54,155 nucleotides of DNA, taken from the NCBI GenBank assembly GCA_963830365.1, contig CAWHMU010000034.1:1-54155 (forward strand), in the 5' to 3' direction. The stretch is from an uncultured Chlamydiae bacterium. Lineage in GTDB: Bacteria > Chlamydiota > Chlamydiia > Chlamydiales > Parachlamydiaceae. Numbering within the stretch: the stretch's first letter is position 1; each line of letters begins with the position of its first letter. A program made the position numbers and the translations under genes. The notes beneath the pieces were generated by a model. The model was not told the DNA's origin. It did not search any database and worked only from the letters and a program-made list of their open reading frames with translations. Positions 28,755-38,149 of the stretch are shown piece by piece.

Positions 28755-29594
28755 ATGCCTCAAGACACCGACACCATTCTCAGCAGCCTGCAAAACCCGC
28801 GCGTCAAACAGCTGGTCAAGCTGCGCGACCGCTCCACGCGCGAGCAGACAGCTCAATTCCTCATCGAAGGCTACCGCGAAGTGCTGCGCGCCATGGATGC
28901 CGCCTACCCCATCGATTCCCTGTTCATCTGCCCGGAGCTATTCCTCGGCAGCAACGAACAAACCCTCATCCAACGCCTGAAAGGCAAAGGCACAAAGATT
29001 TTCCACTGCAATGCCGCCGTCTTCCACAAAGTGTCCTACCGCGACCGCCCCGATGGCCTGCTGGCCCTAGCCCCGCAACGACACCTGCTGCTGACCGACC
29101 TCGACAAATCCCTCGCCCAGGTGAAAAATCCCTTCCTGGTCGTCGCCGAAGCCATCGAAAAACCGGGCAACCTCGGCACCATCCTGCGCTCCTCCGATGC
29201 CGTCGGCCTAAACGGCCTCATCGTCTGCGACCGATGCACCGACATCCACAACCCCAATGTCGTGCGCGCAAGCGTCGGCACCCTCTTCACCGTCCCCGTC
29301 GTCGAAGCCGGCGGCGAAGAAACCCTGCAATGGCTTAAAAACAAACAGATCGCCATCGTCGCCGCCACCCCGGCCGCCAAACTGGAATTCACCTCCGTCG
29401 ACCTTACCGGCCCTATCGCCATCGCCGTCGGCACCGAGCAGCTAGGCCTCTCCGAGCGCTGGATGTCGCAGGCCGACATCCAGGTGCGCATCCCCATGTG
29501 CGGCGTCGCCGACTCCCTCAACGTAGCGATGGCGACGACACTATTATTATATGAAGCTTTAAGGCAACGCCAAGGTAACAAAAGAACAGCATGA
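28755..29594 (+). CDS. TrmH/SpoU family RNA methyltransferase
   Basis: SLQNPRVK, EKPGNLGTILRS, VGTEQLGL, IPMCG.ADSLNVA. Confidence 0.93.
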   Translation: MPQDTDTILSSLQNPRVKQLVKLRDRSTREQTAQFLIEGYREVLRAMDAAYPIDSLFICPELFLGSNEQTLIQRLKGKGTKIFHCNAAVFHKVSYRDRPDGLLALAPQRHLLLTDLDKSLAQVKNPFLVVAEAIEKPGNLGTILRSSDAVGLNGLIVCDRCTDIHNPNVVRASVGTLFTVPVVEAGGEETLQWLKNKQIAIVAATPAAKLEFTSVDLTGPIAIAVGTEQLGLSERWMSQADIQVRIPMCGVADSLNVAMATTLLLYEALRQRQGNKRTA

Positions 29595-30253
29595 GCCGCC
29601 TGCCTTTTGACATCCTATACGAAGACAACCACCTGCTGGTAGTCAATAAACCCGCCGGCCTGCTCACGCAGCCGACGGACATCCAAGATGAAAGCCTGGA
29701 AGTACTCCTAAAAGCCTATCTCAAAGAGAAATACCAAAAGCCCGGCAACATCTTCCTCGGCGTCATCCACCGTCTCGACCGCCCCGTCAGCGGCATCGTG
29801 GTGTTTGCCAAGACCAGCAAGGCGCTTTCGCGCCTCAATGCCGCCATGCGCGCGCGCGAAATGCAGAAGACCTATTGCGCCCTGGTCGAAAACAGGCCGC
29901 CGGCCGAAAAAGGCACGCTTGAACACTTTCTAAGGCATGACGACTATCGCGCGCATATCTGCCAAGGCAAGGAACAAGATGCCAAGCTCGCCCGCCTGCA
30001 CTACGAGGTCCTCAAGCATCACCCGAAAACCACCCTGCTGCAAATCATTCTGGAAACAGGACGCTACCACCAGATCCGCGCCCAATGCGCCGCCATGGGA
30101 TGCCCGGTGGTGGGCGATGCAAAATATGGCAGCCGCCAGCCGCTTCCAGGCGGCGTCATTGCTCTCCACCATTTCCGCATGTTGCTGGAACATCCCGTCA
30201 CCCATGCCGCCATCTCCCTCGAAGCCCCCCTGCCGGCACGCCTAACAGGCTGA
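29591..30253 (+). CDS. RluA-family pseudouridine synthase
   Basis: VVNKPAGLL, IHRLDRPVSG, LETGRYHQIR, PVVGDAKYG. Confidence 0.93.
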   Translation: MSRLPFDILYEDNHLLVVNKPAGLLTQPTDIQDESLEVLLKAYLKEKYQKPGNIFLGVIHRLDRPVSGIVVFAKTSKALSRLNAAMRAREMQKTYCALVENRPPAEKGTLEHFLRHDDYRAHICQGKEQDAKLARLHYEVLKHHPKTTLLQIILETGRYHQIRAQCAAMGCPVVGDAKYGSRQPLPGGVIALHHFRMLLEHPVTHAAISLEAPLPARLTG

Positions 30254-30405
30254 AAAACACCCTTTCCGTACCCGTGCCTAATGCAAACTAATTTTATGTG
30301 CCCATGCCCGATATTTTCATTCAAAAACAAAACAGTCATAGACATTTTGGAATGCGGGCACGGGCAAGCACATAGGCACGAAAAAGACGCGGCTTAGAGC
30401 CTTAC

Positions 30406-31632
30406 TTAAGCTTTCGGCAAGTCCTCAGCATTGATATCCGGAATTTTCGGCATGGTATTCATCACCATCTGCAGCGCTTCGAATTCACCCATGACACGGT
30501 TGATATTCTGCACGATCAGCGGCGTGTCCTGATGCTCTTTAGCCTTGCCCTCTTCGAAAAGCGCCCTTAAATCCCTGAAAGGCTGGATCAGCAAAGTAAT
30601 ATTCATGCTTTTATCGCGCTGAAAAGCCCCTTTTGCCAAAGTCTCCATGCCGTTGATGATACTTAAAAACGGATCGGCAATTTCCAGATAGGTGATATCA
30701 ATCTCTGTCAACAGGGCTTTAGCGACTTCCAGAAAGACACAAGAAGCCGTCAATGGCGTCTCTTCAAGCCCTTCCTCCTGGGCCCTCCTGGCAGATTTTC
30801 CCATAAAGCGCAAAGGGGCGCTGGCCATGGAGATGTCGAATTTGGCGGCATCGATGGTGATTTTACCAAGCAGCGTGATGATCTGACTGCAAGTCATCTC
30901 CAACTTATTATTTAACGCCTTGCCAAAAATGACGTCGATGCGCTGGTAAAGATAGAACATCACATAGCTGACTTTGTCGGTAATCCCCAATGCATCGGTC
31001 TGCTTGTCATGTTCGGGATGTCCGATGGTTTTGGATACTTCAAGGAAAAGACGGACGATATTCTGCTCTTCAGCCAACGCCTGATGCGTCACCGATGTAC
31101 TATGCCGCTGGATGCCTTTGAGAGCAACTTCAGAAAGGCCATCTATCCATTGGCATAAATCGATCTCCTTGTCTTCCTGAATGCTTTTCTTGGCATTTGT
31201 GCCAAACATGCCGACGACAACAAAGGGATTGAAATACCCCATAATTCTCCTGACAAAATGCCGTGTGGCATCAATGGCAATCCCCAGCCAGACCAGCCAC
31301 ATAATGAACATCGCTGTCCTATCGACTCCATGCAGATTGGAAACAGCAATGACCAATAAGGTGATCAAAGCAAAGGCCACCAGGTAAGCACTCATCAATG
31401 CGATATGCCTATCTTTAGGAAACATCTCTAGAATATGCGGTGTCGCATTCTGCTCAGCATTCTGCATCGGCAGCCACGCCAGCATGATCCCCACCGGCAC
31501 AATGAATAGAAATAAAATGGCGGCAGCAATCATAAAACTCTCCACGCCCGCCACATCGACCCTCGTCTCGGCCCAAGACACCTGAAACCATAAAAATATT
31601 GCCATCAGCAGCGAAAATATCGTACCAATCAT
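30406..31632 (-). CDS. Hypothetical membrane protein (N-terminal TMs + helical cytoplasmic domain)
   Basis: 408-aa ORF with GGAG RBS; about 4 N-terminal hydrophobic segments. Confidence 0.75.
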   Translation of the reverse strand: MIGTIFSLLMAIFLWFQVSWAETRVDVAGVESFMIAAAILFLFIVPVGIMLAWLPMQNAEQNATPHILEMFPKDRHIALMSAYLVAFALITLLVIAVSNLHGVDRTAMFIMWLVWLGIAIDATRHFVRRIMGYFNPFVVVGMFGTNAKKSIQEDKEIDLCQWIDGLSEVALKGIQRHSTSVTHQALAEEQNIVRLFLEVSKTIGHPEHDKQTDALGITDKVSYVMFYLYQRIDVIFGKALNNKLEMTCSQIITLLGKITIDAAKFDISMASAPLRFMGKSARRAQEEGLEETPLTASCVFLEVAKALLTEIDITYLEIADPFLSIINGMETLAKGAFQRDKSMNITLLIQPFRDLRALFEEGKAKEHQDTPLIVQNINRVMGEFEALQMVMNTMPKIPDINAEDLPKA

Positions 31633-31760
31633 AGAGGAGCCTCCAACAGAATGTGTTTATTAAACGTATAAGCCATAGCGAATATATATTAAAATATATT
31701 TTTATATTTTCAATACTGCTAATTTCTCTTATAATGACCTATACATGATTAAGGTATGCC

Positions 31761-32885
31761 ATGTCTGCCATCACCCAGCCAAAACCCGCCGCCAAAGCTT
31801 CAAAAGTCAAAGCCTGGCTTGAACAGATCGAAGGCAAAATAGCCCTCAAAACGGCCATCGCCGCAGGCTTAAGCCTTATCCTCGGCATCGCCTTCAGCCA
31901 AATCTTTGACCGCCCCGAACATCTGGTCAATGGACTATGGAGCGTCGTCTCCGCCATTGTCGTCATGCAAGCACATCTGGGCGGCACCTACCAGGCGGCT
32001 TGGGTGCGCTTCCTCGGCGTGCTGGTAGGCTCCATCGCCGGCGGCGTCTTCGTCGTCTTCCTTGGCGATGACGCCTTAAGCCTTGGCATCGGCGTATTCT
32101 CCACCATCATCATATGCTCGATGCTCAACATCAAAGAAAGCTTCCGCATCGCCAGCATGTCCGCCGCCGTCATCATCATCCTGGTAGGGGCGAAACCCAC
32201 CGAAAGCCCCTGGCTGTTCAGCCTTTACCGCTTCCTAGACTCTTGCATCGGCATCCTGACCGCCGTCTTTGTCGCCCAGGTACTCTGGCCTGAAAAAGCT
32301 GTCGAAAAGCTGCGCCAAAGCCTCATCAAGGCCCTCGCTGCCATCGACAATTATTACCGTATGGCTATCATATTGGAACCTGAAAGCCAGTCCCATGCCC
32401 AAGTGGCCGAAACATTATATGCCGATATCCTGGAACGCTTGCAGAAAAACCGTGCCTATGGCGAAGAGATCGAAATCGAACTGCGCTATAAAGGGGCCCA
32501 ACGCCACACTTGGACATTGCTTACACAACAAATGGAAACGATTTTTGAGTTGGTGCTTAACTTGAAATCTGCCCATAAAGACTCCCTGTTGAAAATCTTC
32601 GATGACAGCCTGGCCAACCAGGTGACGCAAGTGATTGATCAGACGGATCTGGCTTTCCAAGCGCTACAAAAACGCATCGTCCTGGCAATTCCTGATATCG
32701 ACTTAGCAGGCCTGGATAATGCCCTGGCAGCCCTTAACAGCGAATTGCAGCGCTTCAGGGCCACACGCACAACGCGCATGTTCAATTTTGAAGATGTCGA
32801 AAATTTCTTCGTCTTTTTCTTCAGCCTGCGCTCCATCGGCGAGGCCATCAAGAAAATGGCCGAATATGCCAACGAGCTAACCTAG
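31761..32885 (+). CDS. FUSC / aromatic acid exporter family membrane protein
   Basis: ALKTAIAA, WSVVSAIVVMQ, RFLGVLVG and RFLDSCIGI pattern. Confidence 0.85.
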   Translation: MSAITQPKPAAKASKVKAWLEQIEGKIALKTAIAAGLSLILGIAFSQIFDRPEHLVNGLWSVVSAIVVMQAHLGGTYQAAWVRFLGVLVGSIAGGVFVVFLGDDALSLGIGVFSTIIICSMLNIKESFRIASMSAAVIIILVGAKPTESPWLFSLYRFLDSCIGILTAVFVAQVLWPEKAVEKLRQSLIKALAAIDNYYRMAIILEPESQSHAQVAETLYADILERLQKNRAYGEEIEIELRYKGAQRHTWTLLTQQMETIFELVLNLKSAHKDSLLKIFDDSLANQVTQVIDQTDLAFQALQKRIVLAIPDIDLAGLDNALAALNSELQRFRATRTTRMFNFEDVENFFVFFFSLRSIGEAIKKMAEYANELT

Positions 32886-32904
32886 GGCTACGAACGGAAT
32901 ATTT

Positions 32905-33224
32905 ACCACAGAGACACAGAGACACAGAGAAAAAAAGTGAAGTGAGTACACCTCCACTTTCAACGGGTGCTCGTAAAGTTGTCTCTGTACGCGGATCCAA
33001 TTACCATATGTCGTTATGGTCGCTTATGCCTGAACTCTCTCTAGGAGCGTTAATTTTTGCAGCCCAAGGTTTAACACCGAATGGGTAGACGACAAAAATA
33101 GACATCTTATCAGCCACCCCCGGATGACTGTCAAAGCGTCTAGATTTGACGCTTACATTAATTTTAACCTAAAAACAGAAGGATTAGCCCCTTTCGTTTC
33201 TCTGCGCCTCGGTGTCTCTGTGGT
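32905..33224. repeat. Inverted-repeat-bounded intergenic element (family F)
   Basis: ACCACAGAGACACAGAGACACAGAGAAA ... TTTCTCTGCGCCTCGGTGTCTCTGTGGT. Confidence 0.8.
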
Positions 33225-33257
33225 GAATTCCACCACAATAAGCCATCAACACCAAAG

Positions 33258-34481
33258 CTAGGCCCCTTCGGCCATGGCCTTACCCGCAAGCCACGCTGTC
33301 GTCCATGCATTCTGGAAATTGAAGCCTCCCGTGACGCCGTCAATATCGAGCACTTCGCCGGCAAAGTACAGGCCAGGGCAAAGGCGGCTTTCCATGGTCT
33401 TGAAGTTAACTTCCTGCAGCTTCACACCCCCGCAGGTGACGAACTCATCCTTATACGTGCTTTTGCCATCGATCTGAAAGGTGCAGGCGTGGAGTTTCTG
33501 CACGATCTGCTGCAGATGCAGCTTGGAAATTATCGCCCAGCGCAAATCAGGCGGAATGGCCGCCATATCCAGCAAGGCCTTCCATAGATTCTTCGGCAGC
33601 GCGCATGGCGCATCACTGCACACCAGACGACTGGGGTGCTGCTTGCGGTAATCCATCAGCTGCTGCTTGATCTCGTCCTCGCCAGCATCCGGCAGCCAGT
33701 TGACCTTCAAAACCGCCCGATAGTGTCTATCATGCAAAAAGCGAGCGCCCCAGGCCGACAGCTTCAGCACCGCCGGACCGCTAAATCCCCAATGCGTGAT
33801 GAGCAAAGGCCCTGTTTGCTGCAGGTCGCTGCCTTCGATGGTGACGTGGACTTTGGCTACTGAGATGCCTGCCAGCTCGTTCAAAGGCGAGTTTGGAATA
33901 TTAAAGGTAAATAGCGAAGGCACTGGCGGCAGCAGGCTGTGACCAAGCTTCTCCAGCCAGGACTGCACCTTGGACGCCCCTCCTGCCGCTACCAGCAGGC
34001 GATCACAGAATTGCGTCTCGCCATTGGATAATGTCAGCCTGAAATGCTCCTGTTCCTTTTCACAGGCTACGACAGCATGCTCAAGCCGTATCTCCACAGC
34101 ATGCGCCTTGGCCTGCTGCATCAGGCAATGCACTATTGTCTCCGACTGGTCCGTGATGGGGAACATGCGCCCATCGCTTTCTACTTTAAGCTCAACGCCG
34201 CGTGTTTCAAACCAATGGACAGTATCCCGCGGTTGAAATCGGGAAAAAGGGCCCCGCAATTCCTTGCCCCCGCGCGGGTAGTTCTGCACCAACTGCGCCG
34301 GTTCAAAACAAGCATGGGTGACATTACACCTGCCCCCGCCTGAAATCTTTACTTTGGTCAATAGCTGGCGGTTTTTTTCCAGCAGGACGACATGGCAATT
34401 CCTATTGGCCTCTGCACATGCGATGGCGCCAAAAAAGCCTGCCGCCCCTCCACCGATTACAACTACAGTTCGCTTATGCAT
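33258..34481 (-). CDS. HI0933/BaiN-family NAD(P)/FAD-dependent oxidoreductase
   Basis: IGGGAAG, KVKISGGGRCNVTH, GRMFP, ITHWGFSGP, VTCGGV, GEVLDIDGVTGGFNFQNAW. Confidence 0.95.
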   Translation of the reverse strand: MHKRTVVVIGGGAAGFFGAIACAEANRNCHVVLLEKNRQLLTKVKISGGGRCNVTHACFEPAQLVQNYPRGGKELRGPFSRFQPRDTVHWFETRGVELKVESDGRMFPITDQSETIVHCLMQQAKAHAVEIRLEHAVVACEKEQEHFRLTLSNGETQFCDRLLVAAGGASKVQSWLEKLGHSLLPPVPSLFTFNIPNSPLNELAGISVAKVHVTIEGSDLQQTGPLLITHWGFSGPAVLKLSAWGARFLHDRHYRAVLKVNWLPDAGEDEIKQQLMDYRKQHPSRLVCSDAPCALPKNLWKALLDMAAIPPDLRWAIISKLHLQQIVQKLHACTFQIDGKSTYKDEFVTCGGVKLQEVNFKTMESRLCPGLYFAGEVLDIDGVTGGFNFQNAWTTAWLAGKAMAEGA

Positions 34482-34516
34482 TTATACCACGCGAGGTACA
34501 TCTTGAAAGTAAGGGA

Positions 34517-36199
34517 TTAAGAATGATGAATCTGCTTTTCAAGCTGGTTATAGTATTTTTCATACACGCTCTCAACGTCCTCATCGATATTGTCCTTTTC
34601 GGGCACATCGCTGGCAGCAGGCTTCTCAACCCGACTGGGGGCGATAGGAGCCGGCGGCTCGGATGGGTGTTTGCCAACAGACGGCTCCTCCCGTGGATGA
34701 TCCGTGTCAGAACCATCTGCAGGCTCCCATTGATCGATAGCCTCAACGCTAATGCCGCCAGGTTCATGACCGGCCAATGGAACGCTTTGAGAACTATCCA
34801 CAGACGTATTCACAGTCTCTTCAAATGATGCAGGCGGCTCAATCTTATCATCTGAAACTGCAGGCGGCTGTGCCCTTTTCTCACTTTCGGCAGGGCTCTC
34901 GAAGCGGTAAAATGGCACCATCATGTTATGCTCATTTTTGTGGAATTTATCCAATTTGGCTTCATAGGGCGTATTGTTAAAGGCCTGGCTCAAATCACCC
35001 AGCAGAACTCCCAAATCGGCAAAGGTATCCGGCAGGCCGCAACTCTCCACCTTCTGATTCGATAAACGCACAGCCACAAGCTTACTATCCGGAATAATAA
35101 TCAACTGCTGTCCCATCATGCCACGCGCAGAAATGCCCCTGATAGCACCAGCCTCCCAACGCGCCAGTGGCAGTCCCTTGCTGGCAATAAGGGCAAAGAA
35201 ATCATAGACATCCTGCCGGCTGCCAAAATATCTCGCCAGATCGGCGGCGCACTGTTCGATATAGTTGTCATTGTTGATCTGGCCGTGCAGCGCAACGACA
35301 TAGCCATGCAGCGACTTTAAACTGCATATAAACTTGGCTGGCACACCAGCTGCCGCATAAATATCGATCAAGGCATCATCCCAATGCAGACTTAAGCCAT
35401 AATAATCCAGCCACCAAAGACCGCTGTAAAACGGCGTGAACAGCTGGCTCGGCTTCATCAGCTCATTGATCCAATCCTGAGAAATCAGCCTAATACCATT
35501 CCAACAGCCATTTTGGGCCACTAACATGCCAATTTTGGCAAGATCAACGCCATTGATTGTCAGATGCGACATGCCATAGTTGTTGCCTGCGGCGTCGCAA
35601 AGCCATGAATCGGAATTTATTCCCAACGGGAAAAATAGGCGGCTTTTCAGATACTGTTGTATGGTTACCCCTGCAGCCTTTTCAACAATGCCGCCCAAAA
35701 GATTTACGGCTTTGTTGTTGAGCTCAAAATGCGTGCCAGGTGTCGCGCTGAAATCGGTCGCCAATGCCATGCGCACAACATCGGGATATTCATAAATCAC
35801 GCAAGAACTATCATCAATGGCCATACCAGAGGTTTGCGTCAGCAGATGGCGCACCGTCACCGCCGCACGGCAGCCCTGCCGCCACTCTGGGAAAAAACAA
35901 GACACCGGCGTGTCAAGGGAGGCAATCTTGCCTTCCTGGATCAGGAGTCCGACTGCCAGGCTGACAAATGACTGTGTCACACCCCGCGCATCAACCGGTT
36001 TGTTTTGATTTGCCGAGCCATAGACCCCAAGCATTTTGCCATCATGGACAATGAGGACGACATCAGAATCCGTCAGATTGGCTCGGACGGAGATTTTCTC
36101 CAACACCTCGCAAACGCCACCTTCTGCCGTAGAGAAAAATACACCGGACATGACCAGACAAAGACTCATCGCTATTCTTACAGGGTGCCAATATCGCAT
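34517..36199 (-). CDS. Serine hydrolase (beta-lactamase class C-like fold) with acidic/Pro-rich C-terminal tail
   Basis: Signal peptide; VTVRHLLTQTSG, PGTHF, DLAKIGML and ARGMMGQ. The SxxK position reads GVTQS. Confidence 0.8.
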   Translation of the reverse strand: MRYWHPVRIAMSLCLVMSGVFFSTAEGGVCEVLEKISVRANLTDSDVVLIVHDGKMLGVYGSANQNKPVDARGVTQSFVSLAVGLLIQEGKIASLDTPVSCFFPEWRQGCRAAVTVRHLLTQTSGMAIDDSSCVIYEYPDVVRMALATDFSATPGTHFELNNKAVNLLGGIVEKAAGVTIQQYLKSRLFFPLGINSDSWLCDAAGNNYGMSHLTINGVDLAKIGMLVAQNGCWNGIRLISQDWINELMKPSQLFTPFYSGLWWLDYYGLSLHWDDALIDIYAAAGVPAKFICSLKSLHGYVVALHGQINNDNYIEQCAADLARYFGSRQDVYDFFALIASKGLPLARWEAGAIRGISARGMMGQQLIIIPDSKLVAVRLSNQKVESCGLPDTFADLGVLLGDLSQAFNNTPYEAKLDKFHKNEHNMMVPFYRFESPAESEKRAQPPAVSDDKIEPPASFEETVNTSVDSSQSVPLAGHEPGGISVEAIDQWEPADGSDTDHPREEPSVGKHPSEPPAPIAPSRVEKPAASDVPEKDNIDEDVESVYEKYYNQLEKQIHHS

Positions 36200-36336
36200 A
36201 CTTTTTGCCTCGCACATATTAAAGGATATTATGTAGCGCAATATATGGATTAAATCAAGGCGATAATAGAGTCATTGACGGATTATCGAATAAATGATTA
36301 TACCAATATCTCATCATCATCATAAAAAGGTCACCC

Positions 36337-37254
36337 ATGCGCGTTTTCATTACAGGAGCCTCAGGTTATATCGGCCAAGCCGTGGCTGAAGCGTTCCGAC
36401 AGGCCGGCCATGCCGTCTCTGGCATGGTACGCTCCCACAATAAAGCCCAACTGCTCTATCAACAGGAAATCACCCCCGTCATCGGCGATCTTGCCAAACC
36501 CGCCAGCTACCTGTCCGCAGTTCAGCAAGCTGAAGTCATCGTCCACTGCGCTTTCGACTATGCCGGCCATGGCGTAGACACCGAAAAAACGGCCATCGAC
36601 ACCCTCTTGCAGGGCGCTCATCACGCCGGCATCTCCACGCGCGCTATCCTCTACACGTCTGGCGTATGGTGCTACGGAAATACCGGCATAGCCATCGCCG
36701 ATGAAGCTTCCCACTGCCACCCCATCGATATTGTCAAATGGAGAAACCTACAGGAAGAACGCCTGCTAAAATTGGCTTCATCCCAGCTGCGCGTCGTCAT
36801 CATACGCCCAGGATGTGTCTATGGCGGCTCAGGCGGTCTGTCCGACTTTTGGTTTAGCTCCGCCAAAGCAGGCTCGTGCGAAATTGTCGGCCCGGGAAAC
36901 AACCGCTGGGCCATGATCCACTACCGCGATCTGGCAGAAGCCTATGTGCGGGCGGCTGAAAGGGAATTGAATCATGCGGTCATTAATGTCGTCGATAATA
37001 CCCGCTACACCGTCAAAGAGATGGCCTTAGGGGTAGCCGATGCCGCCGGCATCCCGGAAAAAATCCACTCCCTCTCGCCGGCCGAAGCCACGCAAAAATA
37101 CGGTATGCTTACACACGGACTGCTGATCGATCAGCAGATATCCAACGAAAGGGCCAAGCGCCTGCTCGACTGGCAGCCGCGCCACACCGGCTTTCTAAGC
37201 GATGTCGCCAGCTATTACGCCGCCTGGCAGGCCAGTCCAAAAAAAAATCCCTAA
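36337..37254 (+). CDS. NAD-dependent epimerase/dehydratase family protein
   Basis: VFITGASGYIG Rossmann motif, YTSGVWCYG, IRPGCVYG, IHYRDLAEAY. Confidence 0.9.
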   Translation: MRVFITGASGYIGQAVAEAFRQAGHAVSGMVRSHNKAQLLYQQEITPVIGDLAKPASYLSAVQQAEVIVHCAFDYAGHGVDTEKTAIDTLLQGAHHAGISTRAILYTSGVWCYGNTGIAIADEASHCHPIDIVKWRNLQEERLLKLASSQLRVVIIRPGCVYGGSGGLSDFWFSSAKAGSCEIVGPGNNRWAMIHYRDLAEAYVRAAERELNHAVINVVDNTRYTVKEMALGVADAAGIPEKIHSLSPAEATQKYGMLTHGLLIDQQISNERAKRLLDWQPRHTGFLSDVASYYAAWQASPKKNP

Positions 37255-37296
37255 GCGCAGCGTCACTATGGGAAATACAATGGCACATGTTTCAGA

Positions 37297-38142
37297 TTAA
37301 AAGTCCCATCTGACATCGAACGAGGCGCCGTAGGCATTCCATTTCTGTGGGGGCAGTCCAAGATAGGCCCCGGAGCTTGACTTTGCCAACGATCCGCCGT
37401 CATTATTCTGCTTCCAATAGGGCGTGAAAATCAACGTCAAGTTCTGGCATTGGCAGAAGTCGATATTATATTCAACCGGCAGCCTGACCATCCAGTCGGT
37501 GCGCTTTGACAAGTTCCAACGCGCACCCACCATCTCAGTCACTTTGACCGTCGCATCAAACTGCGGCAAAGCCGTCACATCCAGACCAACCTGCCACCCG
37601 GAGCAAAAGGAGAAGTCAAGGCGCACCCCCACCGGAATACGGTAGATGTGATAGCGGTATTTTACGCCAATTTCGCTCAACGATTCATTCTGGAATAGGT
37701 AGCTGACGCCTGCATAGGGCGTGGCCGACCACATCTCGGCACAGCTGCCGCCAAACCGGTAGCCAAGCACGCCTGAGACATCATACTCATGGATATAGCG
37801 GTCGTAAGAACCGCCATTCTTCAGCTTTCCCTGTCCATAGTTTGCTTCGACGTTGGCATAAAGCCCCCACGCCTGCTCGTAGCGATAGCCGCCATTCACA
37901 CCATAAAGCACGCCATTGAGGTGCGTGTCTTTATTCACCCCCAGCGATCCCGCCAGGGAGGAATCGGAATTCCTGACATGCAACTGGACATAGTAGGCTT
38001 GCGGTCCTAGGTAAAAACCTGATGTGCCGCACGTTGCCACTTCTTGGCAGCATTCTTCCATACGGCACACTTCGGCCTGCACAGCAACTGAAACTAAAAA
38101 CATGGCTGACAAGCATAGGAAAAGAGATTTTGTATATGTCAT
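37297..38142 (-). CDS. Outer-membrane beta-barrel protein (autotransporter-beta/porin-like)
   Basis: Signal peptide MTYTKSLFLCLSAMFLVSVAVQA, Cys-rich N-terminus, alternating aromatic beta-strands, C-terminal ..FDVRWDF with terminal Phe. Confidence 0.75.
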   Translation of the reverse strand: MTYTKSLFLCLSAMFLVSVAVQAEVCRMEECCQEVATCGTSGFYLGPQAYYVQLHVRNSDSSLAGSLGVNKDTHLNGVLYGVNGGYRYEQAWGLYANVEANYGQGKLKNGGSYDRYIHEYDVSGVLGYRFGGSCAEMWSATPYAGVSYLFQNESLSEIGVKYRYHIYRIPVGVRLDFSFCSGWQVGLDVTALPQFDATVKVTEMVGARWNLSKRTDWMVRLPVEYNIDFCQCQNLTLIFTPYWKQNNDGGSLAKSSSGAYLGLPPQKWNAYGASFDVRWDF

Positions 38143-38149
38143 ATAAACC

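Noticed and set aside
30268..30381. CCCGTGCC..GGGCACGGG and AAAGGACC..GGTCCTTT (27223-27264) short inverted motifs
   Set aside because: Probably degenerate repeats or terminators at gene 3' ends, but single and too decayed to define.
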